This document shows, in pieces, positions 7,580-16,839 of a stretch of 18,004 nucleotides of DNA. Source of the stretch: a bacterium. Its GTDB lineage: Bacteria; Zhuqueibacterota; Zhuqueibacteria; Oceanimicrobiales; Oceanimicrobiaceae. The stretch is taken from positions 1 through 18,004 of the forward strand of contig JBBIIG010000079.1 in the NCBI GenBank assembly GCA_037446635.1. The letters are read 5' to 3'. Numbering within the stretch: the stretch's first letter is position 1; each line of letters starts with the position of its first letter. Under the pieces are notes generated by a model. The model did not search any database. It worked only from the letters and a program-made list of their open reading frames with translations, and was not told where the DNA came from. Both the position numbers and the translations under genes were made by a program.

Positions 7580-7681
7580 TGCGGGAGATTCTTTCTCTTG
7601 ATTATTCAATCTCTTCTTCGTAGAATCACAGTCGGTAAGGATTCATTTAAATGGCCGGCTTTCAACAATCACTGGCGCCAT
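7580..7681 (+). repeat. Imperfect direct repeat, copy 2 (promoter, RBS and start of the dikinase-like gene)
   Basis: Aligns with 6398-6497. Contains TTGATT(7598)-N17-TAGAAT(7621), TAAGGA(7636) and ATG(7651). Confidence 0.92.
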
Positions 7682-9399
7682 TTCAACGCCATTTTTTTGA
7701 CCCCGAAAAACGTCTCACCACCATCGGCTCCGGCGAAATTGGCGGTAAAGCGCACGGCCTGGCGTTCGTCTCCGATGTGCTGCGGAAAAAATTTCGCGCC
7801 GCGGATTTCCCAGCGATTGAAGTTAGCATTCCAACGCTCACGGTGATTCGCACGGACGCTTTTGACGCCTTCATGTCGAGCAACGATCTGTTCGACTTCG
7901 CGAATGCCGATGAGCCCGACGACCGCATCGCCCACGCATTTCAAAAAGCGGATTTGCCGGTGGAATTGTTGGGCGATTTGCGAGCACTGGTGCAGCAGGT
8001 GCGGCAGCCGCTGGCGGTGCGATCATCGAGCTTGTTGGAAGATGCGCTGCGCGAGCCGTTTGCCGGGATTTATGAAACGAAGATGACGCCCAACAATCAG
8101 CCCGATCCCGACGTGCGGTTTCGCAAGCTCACCGAGGCCATCAAATTCGTTTATGCCTCTACCTTTTTTAAGGCAGCGAAAGATTATCGCAGAGCCACCG
8201 GCCACGGCGCTGGCGATGAAAAGATGGCGGTGATCATCCAAGAGGTGGTTGGCCAGCGACACGGCGATCGTTTTTATCCGGAAGTTTCGGGAGTGGCGCG
8301 CTCGTACAATTTCTATCCCCTGCGGCCGGCCAAGCCCGAAGATGGCGTGGTGAGCCTTGCGCTGGGATTGGGAAAAACCATCGTCGATGGCGGCGTCTGT
8401 TGGACGTATTCTCCGGCGCAGCCGCGCGCGACGCCGCCGTTTGGCTCAGTAGCCGAGTGGCTTAAAAATACGCAAACCGAATTCTGGGCGGTGAACATGG
8501 GCAAGCCGCCGGCCTTTGATCCCATTCGCGAAACCGAGTTTTTGATTCAAGCCAATCTCGCGGACGCCGAATACGACGGCACGCTGCGCCACCTCGCCTC
8601 CACTTATGATCCGCGCTCGGATCGCATCGTTATGGGAACCGGCGTCGCCGGGCCGCGGGTGCTCACCTTCGCGCCGCTGCTGGTTTTGAACGATATTCCG
8701 CTGAACGATCTCATCCGCGAGCTTTTGAAGTTGTGCGAAGACGCGCTGAACGCGCCGGTGGAAATGGAATTCGCGGTAACGTTTCCGCGGAACGGAGCAG
8801 GTTCCGAGAATCCCGTCCGCTTTGGATTTTTGCAGGTGCGGCCGATGGTGGTTTCGCACGAAGTGGTGGAAATCTCCGAAGAGGAGATGCGCGGCGAGAA
8901 GGTTCTGCTGGCGTCTGAAACGGTGCTGGGCAACGGCGTCATCGATAGCATTCACGACGTGGTGTACGTCCGCCCGGAAACGTTTGAAGCGAAGAACACA
9001 CCGCTCATCGCCGCGGAGCTGGAGAGCATCAATCGCCACTTGGTGGAAGCCGGACGGCCGTACCTGCTCATCGGGTTTGGCCGCTGGGGCAGCTCGGATC
9101 CGTGGCTGGGCATCCCGGTGAATTGGCCGCAAGTCGCCGGCGCCAAAGTGATCGTCGAAGCCACGCTGCCCACAATGGACAAGGAGATCAGTCAGGGCTC
9201 GCACTTCTTTCACAATCTGGCGAGTTTTCAAGTGAGCTATTTTTCGGTGCGGCATTCGGGGAAGTTTCAGATCGATTGGAAATGGCTGGACGAGCGGCCG
9301 GCTGTTTCAGAAACTGGATTTGTGCGGCATGTGAAACTTCCGCGACCCTTGTTGGTTAAGGTGGATGGGCGAAGCGGGAGAGGCGTTGTAAAAATGTAG
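7651..9399 (+). CDS. PEP/pyruvate-binding (PPDK_N-type ATP-grasp) domain protein
   Basis: IGGKAHGL, AVRSSSLLED..FAGIYET, MAVIIQEVVG, SGVARS, GLGKTIVDG, VEMEFA, FLQVRP. C-terminal GFGRWGS..SQGSHFFHNL domain. Confidence 0.9.
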   Translation: MAGFQQSLAPFQRHFFDPEKRLTTIGSGEIGGKAHGLAFVSDVLRKKFRAADFPAIEVSIPTLTVIRTDAFDAFMSSNDLFDFANADEPDDRIAHAFQKADLPVELLGDLRALVQQVRQPLAVRSSSLLEDALREPFAGIYETKMTPNNQPDPDVRFRKLTEAIKFVYASTFFKAAKDYRRATGHGAGDEKMAVIIQEVVGQRHGDRFYPEVSGVARSYNFYPLRPAKPEDGVVSLALGLGKTIVDGGVCWTYSPAQPRATPPFGSVAEWLKNTQTEFWAVNMGKPPAFDPIRETEFLIQANLADAEYDGTLRHLASTYDPRSDRIVMGTGVAGPRVLTFAPLLVLNDIPLNDLIRELLKLCEDALNAPVEMEFAVTFPRNGAGSENPVRFGFLQVRPMVVSHEVVEISEEEMRGEKVLLASETVLGNGVIDSIHDVVYVRPETFEAKNTPLIAAELESINRHLVEAGRPYLLIGFGRWGSSDPWLGIPVNWPQVAGAKVIVEATLPTMDKEISQGSHFFHNLASFQVSYFSVRHSGKFQIDWKWLDERPAVSETGFVRHVKLPRPLLVKVDGRSGRGVVKM

Positions 9400-9424
9400 G
9401 TCGACCAGACTGGTCGATCTCTAC
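9396..9424 (+). repeat. GTAG-type REP-like hairpin overlapping the stop codon
   Basis: GTAG-GTCGACCAG-A-CTGGTCGAT-CT-CTAC. Confidence 0.6.
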
Positions 9425-9533
9425 TCGTGAATAGTGAATAGCGAATCGTCAATTATGAATTGTGAACGATTAATTGTGAATTGTTAATGAAAAAAAAAGC
9501 TGAAAGCTGATCGCTGAAAGCTGAAGGCTCGAA
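9425..9533. repeat. Degenerate heptamer tandem repeats
   Basis: Nine in-phase units like TTGTGAA (9425-9487), an A9 tract (9490-9498), then five units like GCTGAAA (9499-9533). Confidence 0.85.
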
Positions 9534-9536
9534 ACC

Positions 9537-12500
9537 ATGAACCAACAAAACCAATCCATCGAAAATCTGCTGCGCGATTTGAAAGAACGCGCCAAAGAGC
9601 TGAGCTGTCTTTATGAAGTCGAAGAGATTCTCAACCGCTCGGATGCCTTGCCGAAGGAATTGTTCACCAGCATCATCAAAGCGATTCCGCCGGGCTGGCA
9701 GTATCCCGATATTTGTCAGGCCAAGATCACTTACGGTGATGAAACTTATCACTCGCCTAATTTCAAGGAGACCCCGTGGGTGCAGTCAGCCAACCTCGTC
9801 GTGCAGAATGAGGTGGTCGGCAGCATCAGCGTTTACTACACCGAAGAGATGCCGGCCGAGGATGAGGGGCCATTTCTCAAAGAAGAACGCAAACTCATCA
9901 ACACCATTGCGGAGCGGCTGAGCCGGCGGATTCAGCATCAGCAACTGAAAGAGGTTTTTGAGCGGGTCAAATCGGCGGAGGAAAAAAAGCGCGAGTGGTC
10001 GATCATTTTGGATTTGCTGCGCCGCACCGATCCGCAACTGCTGCTGCGCATTTCCCGCAAAATGACCAACTACTTGTGCTGGAGCGGCAGCAAAGATGCC
10101 GAGCGCCTGCTCGCCCATTTCAGTCCCGCATACAAAAGCGACGACAGCGAGTTGATCGAAGACATCAACCGTCCGCATCAGAAAAAAGTGCTGGAAGATT
10201 TCAGTGGCGTCAGCGAAGAGGTGTTCCGCATCGCCATCGATTACCTGGGCGAACAGGAAACGCTGTCGCTGATTCAGCGCTGGATCAAAGAAGACAAATC
10301 CACGTTCCTCGTCAACATTTTGGAAAATCCTGGCACTTCGCACTCGGAAATCACCGACGCCATTGGCCGCTACCATCACCTTGATCCTATGGGCGCGGAG
10401 TTGTCGCCGCCGCGCGAGATGGCGTTTCGGGTGTCGCTCATTCGCCGGCTGCTCACCAGCCAGCCGCAATTCATCAACATCGCTAAACACTTTGTGCGCG
10501 TCAACGATTTTTACGATCTGCTGCACCGCATCATTTTCCCGGCCGATAGCCACGGCAAGCTGGGCGGCAAAAGCGCCGGACTGTTTCTCGCGCAACACAT
10601 TTTGTCCGCCCAGGCGGAGCTGCTTTGCGGAGAAAAACCACGCGCGAGCACCGAGCTGTTTCAGAACATCAAAACTCCGAAAACCTGGTACATCACCTCA
10701 GACGGGATTCTCAACTTTATGCACTACAACACGCTCGAAGAAGTCGTCGAGCAGAAGTACAAAAACATCGGACAGGTGCGGCAGGAATATCCCTACGTGG
10801 TGCAGGTGTTCAAAAACTCGCCGTTCCCGCCGGAGATCATCAAAGGGCTGTCGCTGGCGCTGGACGATTTCGGCGACGTGCCGCTGATCGTGCGTAGCTC
10901 GAGTTTACTCGAGGATCGCATGGGCACGGCCTTCGCGGGGAAATACAAAAGTCTGTTCATCGCCAATCAGGGCACAAAGAAAGAGCGGCTGATTGCGCTG
11001 ATGGATGCGGTTGCGGAAGTGTATGCTTCCACGTTCAGTCCCGATCCCATCGAGTATCGCGCTGAGCGCGGCCTGTTGGATTTTCACGAAGAGATGGGGA
11101 TCATGATTCAGGAAGTCGTGGGGACGCGCGTCGGCCACTATTTTTTCCCGGCGTATGCTGGCGTGGCGTTCAGCAAAAATAATTTGCGGTGGTCGCCGCG
11201 CATTAAGCCGGAAGATGGATTGGTGCGCATGGTGCCGGGGCTGGGCACGCGCGCGGTTGATCGCCTCAGCGATGATTATCCGATTTTGTTGGCGCCTGGT
11301 CAGCCGGGGCTGCGCGTCAACGTCAGCGTCGATGAACAGGTGCGTTATTCGCCTAAGAAAATCGACGTCATCAATCTGAAGACGAACACGTTCGAAACTG
11401 TCGATCTCAAAGAGCTGCTGCGGAAATTTGGCGCCGAGTACCCGCGCGTCAACCAGATCGTTTCCATTCTCGATCACGATCGTCTCGCGCCACCGCTGGG
11501 CATGAATCTCGACTTTGAGAAAGATGACTTGGTGGTGACGTTCGAAGGGCTGGTGGCGCGCACGCCGTTTGTCAGGCAGATGCACGCCATTTTAAAATTG
11601 TTAGAAGAAAAACTCGGGCTGCCGGTGGACATCGAGTTTGCGTCCGATGGCAAAGATTTTTACCTCCTGCAGTGTCGCCCGCAGAGTTACGGCGCCGACG
11701 ACGCGCCGGCAGACATCCCACGCGATATTCCAAACGAGCGGGTGCTGTTCACCGCGAACCGCTACATCTCCAACGGCGCAGTCACCGGCCTCACGCACGT
11801 GGTTTACGTCGATCCGCAAAAGTACAGCGAACTGAGTAGCCGCGCGGATTTGCTGGCGGTCGGCCGCGCGGTTGGGAAGCTAAATCAGCTTCTTCCGAAA
11901 CGGCAATTCGTTTTGATGGGGCCCGGACGTTGGGGCAGCCGCGGCGACATTCGGCTGGGCGTCAGCGTCACCTATTCGGATATTAACAACAGCGCGATGC
12001 TCATCGAAATCGCCCGCAAAAAAGGCAACTACCTGCCCGATCTTTCTTTCGGCACGCATTTCTTTCAGGATTTGGTAGAGGCATCGATTCGTTATTTGCC
12101 GCTCTATCCTGATGATCCCAACATTCGTTTTAATGAAGAATTCTTCACCGGCGCGAAAAACATCTTGTCGGAGGTGCTGCCGGAGTTTTCGGCGCTGGCT
12201 GAAACCGTGCGCGTGATCGATGTTGCGAAAACCACGGACGGTCTGTCGCTGCAAGTGCTGATGAATGCGGAAAGCGATCAAGCCGTGGGCTTTCTCTCGG
12301 AAACCGCAATCCCGGCGGAAACGCGCGTTTTCAAACCAGAAAAAATGTTGCAGGAAAAACCCGTGGACAACCACTGGCGCTGGCGCCTGCACATGGCCGA
12401 GCACATTGCAGGGAAGCTTGATCCGCAACGATTTGGGGTGAAAGCGGTGTACCTGATCGGCAGCGCCAAGAATGCCACCGCCGGGCCCGCAAGCGACATC

Positions 12501-12737
12501 GATCTGTTGGTTCATTTTGTCGGATCAGAAAAGCAGCGCCGAGAATTAGAAGGTTGGTTGGAAGGCTGGAGTCTGTGTTTGAGCGAAATGAACTTTTTGC
12601 GAACCGGCGTGAAAACCGAAGGCTTGCTCGATGTGCACTTCATCACCGATGAGGACATCAAAAAGCGCACGAGCTATGCCGTGAAGATCGACGCGGTCAC
12701 CGATGCGGCGCGGCAGTTGAGGATGGGGAAGGTATGA
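9537..12737 (+). CDS. Multidomain protein: GAF-like sensor + PPDK_N-type ATP-grasp + C-terminal minimal nucleotidyltransferase
   Basis: N-terminus LKERAKELSCLY..PPGWQYP..PFLKEERKLI. Then LGGKSAGL, IVRSSSLLED..FAGKYKS, IQEVVG, GLGTRAVD, VDIEFA, LLQCRPQ. Then GPGRWGS..SFGTHFFQDL. C-terminal VYLIGSAKNATAGPASDIDLLV (GS-x10-DxD) plus LDV. Confidence 0.9.
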   Translation: MNQQNQSIENLLRDLKERAKELSCLYEVEEILNRSDALPKELFTSIIKAIPPGWQYPDICQAKITYGDETYHSPNFKETPWVQSANLVVQNEVVGSISVYYTEEMPAEDEGPFLKEERKLINTIAERLSRRIQHQQLKEVFERVKSAEEKKREWSIILDLLRRTDPQLLLRISRKMTNYLCWSGSKDAERLLAHFSPAYKSDDSELIEDINRPHQKKVLEDFSGVSEEVFRIAIDYLGEQETLSLIQRWIKEDKSTFLVNILENPGTSHSEITDAIGRYHHLDPMGAELSPPREMAFRVSLIRRLLTSQPQFINIAKHFVRVNDFYDLLHRIIFPADSHGKLGGKSAGLFLAQHILSAQAELLCGEKPRASTELFQNIKTPKTWYITSDGILNFMHYNTLEEVVEQKYKNIGQVRQEYPYVVQVFKNSPFPPEIIKGLSLALDDFGDVPLIVRSSSLLEDRMGTAFAGKYKSLFIANQGTKKERLIALMDAVAEVYASTFSPDPIEYRAERGLLDFHEEMGIMIQEVVGTRVGHYFFPAYAGVAFSKNNLRWSPRIKPEDGLVRMVPGLGTRAVDRLSDDYPILLAPGQPGLRVNVSVDEQVRYSPKKIDVINLKTNTFETVDLKELLRKFGAEYPRVNQIVSILDHDRLAPPLGMNLDFEKDDLVVTFEGLVARTPFVRQMHAILKLLEEKLGLPVDIEFASDGKDFYLLQCRPQSYGADDAPADIPRDIPNERVLFTANRYISNGAVTGLTHVVYVDPQKYSELSSRADLLAVGRAVGKLNQLLPKRQFVLMGPGRWGSRGDIRLGVSVTYSDINNSAMLIEIARKKGNYLPDLSFGTHFFQDLVEASIRYLPLYPDDPNIRFNEEFFTGAKNILSEVLPEFSALAETVRVIDVAKTTDGLSLQVLMNAESDQAVGFLSETAIPAETRVFKPEKMLQEKPVDNHWRWRLHMAEHIAGKLDPQRFGVKAVYLIGSAKNATAGPASDIDLLVHFVGSEKQRRELEGWLEGWSLCLSEMNFLRTGVKTEGLLDVHFITDEDIKKRTSYAVKIDAVTDAARQLRMGKV

Positions 12738-12844
12738 TCACATAAAGAAAGAATAAAAATTTGACAATTTTGTCAGCAAACCAGATGTCCTATTATTGGA
12801 CTATTGTAAAAACCCTTAGAGGAGATGGCTTCTGTCAATGAAAG

Positions 12845-12969
12845 CAGATCGCTTGGAAATGAATTTCCAAGCTAATAGCTTAAGCTTAATAAATTAAGCG
12901 GTTGCTGTCTTTAGTCGATTTCAATCGACTTCAGCAAATTAGCCTGATGATTCATCATCAGGCGATCTG
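12845..12969. repeat. Composite four-hairpin REPIN/MITE-like element between convergent genes
   Basis: Terminal inverted repeat CAGATCGC / GCGATCTG. Perfect hairpins at 12851-12872, 12884-12899, 12913-12930 and 12942-12963. Confidence 0.75.
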
Positions 12970-13002
12970 AGATTTTTACAATAGTTCAGTTATTATTGAA
13001 AA

Positions 13003-14658
13003 TTAGAAAGCGGCGTGGGTGGGGGCCGCCGCGGGTTGGCCAAGCCAGTGGGCTATTTTTTTCAACAAATTTTTTTTGCGCAGCGGCTTGGTGATGTAGT
13101 CATCCATTCCCTCTTCTAAACATTTCTCCCGGTAGCCGCTGATGGCGTGCGCCGTGAGCGCGATGATGGGCACCCGCCGGGATGTTTTTCCCTGGGCTTC
13201 TTGCACCCGAATTTCCCGAGCGGCGCTCAAACCATCCATGATCGGCATCTGCACATCCATTAAAATCAGATCGTAATTCTGTTCCGCGAACGCTTTGAGA
13301 GCGGCGCCGCCGTTGTCTGCCAGATCAACTTGATAGCCGGCACGGGCGAGAATGGTGCGCGCCAACATCTGGTTATCGTAATTGTCATCCACCACTAAAA
13401 TCCGCCCGCCGCTTGCCGGCGCGTGATGGTCGGCGGTTAGTTTATTTTCGAGGTTTTTGATTCCGGCGTCTTGAGAAATTGGCAGTTCCACGACAAAATA
13501 AAAGACGCTGCCCTGGCCGGGTTCGCTCTGCACCGACATTTCGCCGCCCATCATTTCCACCAGCGATCGCGAAATGCTAAGCCCCAGCCCGGTGCCGCCG
13601 TATTTGCGCGTCATGGAGCTGTCGCCCTGGGTGAATTTCGAAAAAATTTCCTTCAGGCTTTGCGGTGAAATTCCGATGCCGGTGTCGCGGACCGAAAACC
13701 GCAAACGCGCGGTGGGCATAGCGAGGCCCTCAACGCCTTCTTTTTTTATATCGGCACGGCTGGCGGCGCCCGGCGTGTTGTGTACTTCCACCACCACCTT
13801 GCCTTTTTCCGTGAACTTGATGGCGTTGCCCACCAGGTTGATCAGCACTTGCCGCAGCCGCCCGGGATCGCCCACGAGCCCGGCCGGCGTACTGGGATCG
13901 ACGCATGAGCGCAGTTCCAAATCCTTCTCAAAAGCAGGCAACCGGAAGACATCAATGACGCTTTCCACCAGCTCGAACAGATTGAAATGGATGTGCTCAA
14001 GCACGAGTTTTTGGGCTTCAATTTTGGAAAAGTCCAAAATGTCATTGATGATGTTCAACAGCGACTCCGAAGCCGTACGAACCGTGCGCAGAAAACCGGT
14101 TTGTTCTTCCGTTAAGACAGTTTCCAGCGTCAGTTCAGTCATCCCCAAAATGGTGTTCAGCGGGGTGCGGATTTCGTGGCTCATGTTGGCTAAAAAATCG
14201 CTCTTGGCTCTGTTGGCCATTTCTGCCGCTTCTTTCGCTTGTTCCAGCTCAAGCAGAGTTTGTTTGCGCGCTAACGCGTAACGGATGGAGCGTTCAAGAA
14301 TATCCGGCGCCATCTGTTTTTTGACCAGGTAATCCGCGGCGCCAGCGTTCATGGCCTCGAGATCGATCTCGTGGTCGCCCTGGCCGGTCAACAAAATTAA
14401 CGGCGCTTTGCAGCCGCGGGCGATGGCGTCGCGCAACAGCTCGAGGCCGTCGCGTTCCCCCAAGCGATAGTCGATGAGGTACACATCGTAACGGTTCTGC
14501 TCGATAAGCTCGACTGCCTCGGAATAGGTGGTCGTCCAATCCAGATGAAAATTGTAGCGCTGACTTTCCGCCAATAGATCGCGCGTGATGACGTAGTCGT
14601 CTTGGTCGTCATCAATGAGCAGGATGTTCAGCGTTTGCAGAGAATGAATTGGCATCAC
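13003..14658 (-). CDS. Cytoplasmic hybrid histidine kinase (REC-HisKA-HATPase-REC)
   Basis: [72 protein letters not shown] at 14658 or ATG at 14655 is coupled to the upstream stop. Confidence 0.95.
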   Translation of the reverse strand: MMPIHSLQTLNILLIDDDQDDYVITRDLLAESQRYNFHLDWTTTYSEAVELIEQNRYDVYLIDYRLGERDGLELLRDAIARGCKAPLILLTGQGDHEIDLEAMNAGAADYLVKKQMAPDILERSIRYALARKQTLLELEQAKEAAEMANRAKSDFLANMSHEIRTPLNTILGMTELTLETVLTEEQTGFLRTVRTASESLLNIINDILDFSKIEAQKLVLEHIHFNLFELVESVIDVFRLPAFEKDLELRSCVDPSTPAGLVGDPGRLRQVLINLVGNAIKFTEKGKVVVEVHNTPGAASRADIKKEGVEGLAMPTARLRFSVRDTGIGISPQSLKEIFSKFTQGDSSMTRKYGGTGLGLSISRSLVEMMGGEMSVQSEPGQGSVFYFVVELPISQDAGIKNLENKLTADHHAPASGGRILVVDDNYDNQMLARTILARAGYQVDLADNGGAALKAFAEQNYDLILMDVQMPIMDGLSAAREIRVQEAQGKTSRRVPIIALTAHAISGYREKCLEEGMDDYITKPLRKKNLLKKIAHWLGQPAAAPTHAAF

Positions 14659-15113
14659 ACTCCTGCGGCGGCCGGCAATTCCACAATTTCGAACCAGTAC
14701 CGCGCCAGGGTTTTCATCAATTCCACCAGCGCGCCAAAGGTGACGGGTTTGGTGATAAACGAGCTGACCCCCAGATCGTAGGTGCGCAGAATGTCTTCTT
14801 CGGCCTGGGAGGTGGTGAGCACCACGACCGGCATCCGCCGCAGCTCCGGGCTGGCTTTGATTTCCTTCAGCGCCTCACGGCCATCTTTGCGCGGCATGTT
14901 CAAATCCAGCAGCAGTAATCCCGGCAGCGGCTGGCCGGTGCGTTGGGCATACTTTCCCTGATGACAAAGGTAGTCCATCAGTTCCTCGCCGTCCTCGACG
15001 AAGTGAATGTCGTTGGCCAGACGGCTTTCTTCCAACGCCTCTTTTATCATCAAGCGATCGTCGGCGTCGTCTTCAGCAACCAGTATCGTTATCGGACGTC
15101 CATTTCTACTCAT
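14655..15113 (-). CDS. Single-domain response regulator (Rcp1-like)
   Basis: [34 protein letters not shown]. Start re-assigned to ATG 15113 (MSRNGRP) after AAGGAG. Confidence 0.93.
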   Translation of the reverse strand: MSRNGRPITILVAEDDADDRLMIKEALEESRLANDIHFVEDGEELMDYLCHQGKYAQRTGQPLPGLLLLDLNMPRKDGREALKEIKASPELRRMPVVVLTTSQAEEDILRTYDLGVSSFITKPVTFGALVELMKTLARYWFEIVELPAAAGV

Positions 15114-15117
15114 CGCA

Positions 15118-16839
15118 TCAATCTCCTTTTTGATTAATTGGTAATGTGATCTCAAATTTCGCTCCCTGTCCCGGCGCGCCGCTGGCAGTGATTTCTCCAC
15201 CGTGGCGCTCGACGATCTTGCGGCACACCGCTAAGCCAATTCCGGAGCCTTCGTATTTTTCCCGGCCGTGCAGGCGCTGGAACACACCGAAGATGCGCTC
15301 GGCGTATTTTTCCTCGAAGCCGATGCCGTTGTCCTCCACGGTGAGTTTGCAGAAGTTGCGCGTTTTGCCATTCCTGTCGGCTTTAAAATCGGAATAAATT
15401 TTGATCACCGGCGGCGCGTCGTCGCGGTGGAATTTCAAGCTATTGGCGACGAGGTTTTGCACAAGCTGCCGAATCTGGGTGGGGTCGGCTTCGAGCACCG
15501 GTAAATTTTCTATTTCAATCAGCCCTTTTGTTTCGGCAATTTGTATTTCCAAATCTGAAATAACTTCGCGGGCGATCTGCTCGAGGTTGACATTTGTAAA
15601 AGGCTGCGCTTTGGTGGTCACGCGCGAATAGGTCAGCAGGTCTTCGATGAGCCGCTGCATGCGTCCGGCCGCGTTTTGCATGCGCTCTAAATAATCGCGC
15701 CCCTGTTCACTCAGCAGCTCGCCGTATTTATTTTTCAGACGATCGCCAAAAGCCTGGATTTTGCGCAGGGGTTCCTGCAGGTCATGGGAAGCGATGTAGG
15801 CAAAATCCTGCAACTCGCGATTTTGCGATTCTAATTTTTTGGTATAACTTTTCAGCATAATCTCGCTGCGTGCTCGCATGGCAATTTCGTCTTTGAGTTT
15901 GAGGTTGGCAGCGTGCAACTCCTCGGCGCGCTCCTCCACCAACTCTTCAAGATGGTGGCGGTGTTTATCCAATTCGGCGTTCGCAGCGGACAACTGCTTT
16001 ACCTGCTGCTCAATTGTTTCTTTGGCGTGCAGCGCTACCTGGTAGGCCTTTTCCCTCTCAGACTTTGCCGTTTGAATTTTGGCGATCATCTCTTTAAAAG
16101 CCGCCGCCAATTCCCCGATTTCATCCGAGCTACGAATTTCGATGGCCACATTTTCCCCGCTCTGCGCAAATCGATTCACCGCCATCACGAGGTGCTTGAG
16201 CGGCGTTGTCAAAAGGCGAGTCAGGATGAGCGATAATCCGCCCAACAACGAAATGCTCAGCAGGGCGGCGACGCTGGTGACCGTCATCGCGATTTTATGG
16301 TTTTGGCGCTGCTGAAGAAACGCTTGCGAGATCGTCGCTTCCGCCTCTCTGGCTTCGCGAAGTAAAATGGCTTGCAGCGCATTATAATCTTTTACGATTT
16401 GATTAACTTCAGCCACCAACGCCTCCTCGGATGCGCCGGCGATCATTTTTTCAGCGGCGGTCCGTAATTCAAAATAATACCGCTCAATATCCGGTCGGAG
16501 CGCGGCGAGGCGGTCGCCGCTCGCCGTTCCCAGCCGCCCCGCATTTTGGATCTGCACAAGAATAAGGCTGTACCTGGCTTCTATTTCGTCCAGCAAATCG
16601 CTGTCCCTTGTGACAACCGCGCCCTGCAAGCTGCTTTGCAGCTCGGTAAATAAATCTTCGAGCTTAATGGTGATTTGATGATACGGGTAATATTCCTGTT
16701 CAACGCGAACGTTCAGCTCGTCCTCGCGCTTTTCGAGCATGGTGTAAGTGGCCAGAATGGCGAGAAAAGCCGCCATGGCCACCAGCGGCATGAGCAGCAG
16801 CTTGGTTTGAATTCTTAGATTTTTCAAAAGACAGAACAT
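15118..16839 (-). CDS. Membrane sensor histidine kinase (2 TM, helical extracytoplasmic domain, HAMP, HisKA, HATPase)
   Basis: Two hydrophobic segments, HAMP-like PLKHL..DEIGELAAAF, FAYIASHDLQEPLRKI, NLVANSLKF, DNGIGF, GSGIGLA. Confidence 0.95.
   Translation of the reverse strand: MFCLLKNLRIQTKLLLMPLVAMAAFLAILATYTMLEKREDELNVRVEQEYYPYHQITIKLEDLFTELQSSLQGAVVTRDSDLLDEIEARYSLILVQIQNAGRLGTASGDRLAALRPDIERYYFELRTAAEKMIAGASEEALVAEVNQIVKDYNALQAILLREAREAEATISQAFLQQRQNHKIAMTVTSVAALLSISLLGGLSLILTRLLTTPLKHLVMAVNRFAQSGENVAIEIRSSDEIGELAAAFKEMIAKIQTAKSEREKAYQVALHAKETIEQQVKQLSAANAELDKHRHHLEELVEERAEELHAANLKLKDEIAMRARSEIMLKSYTKKLESQNRELQDFAYIASHDLQEPLRKIQAFGDRLKNKYGELLSEQGRDYLERMQNAAGRMQRLIEDLLTYSRVTTKAQPFTNVNLEQIAREVISDLEIQIAETKGLIEIENLPVLEADPTQIRQLVQNLVANSLKFHRDDAPPVIKIYSDFKADRNGKTRNFCKLTVEDNGIGFEEKYAERIFGVFQRLHGREKYEGSGIGLAVCRKIVERHGGEITASGAPGQGAKFEITLPINQKGD

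Noticed and set aside
6244..7681. Classical selC-integrated genomic island
   Set aside because: The islet lies on the 5' side of the tRNA, I saw no duplicated tRNA 3' end, and there is no integrase.
7651..12737. Dikinase pair as a substitute selenophosphate synthetase because it is near selC
   Set aside because: SelD belongs to a different (PurM-like) fold, and proximity is the only support.
7651..12737. Gene symbols ppsA or ppdK
   Set aside because: The canonical TSHAAI motif and the pyruvate-binding barrel are absent.
12762..12775. Palindrome TGACAA-TT-TTGTCA overlapping a TTGACA
   Set aside because: It lies between convergent gene ends with no downstream gene or clear -10 element, so no function can be supported.
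48..14657. Selenocysteine read-through at TGA-ending genes
   Set aside because: The TGA stops fall at natural protein ends or in coupled stop-start overlaps. I saw no Cys-equivalent redox motif and no plausible protein continuation.
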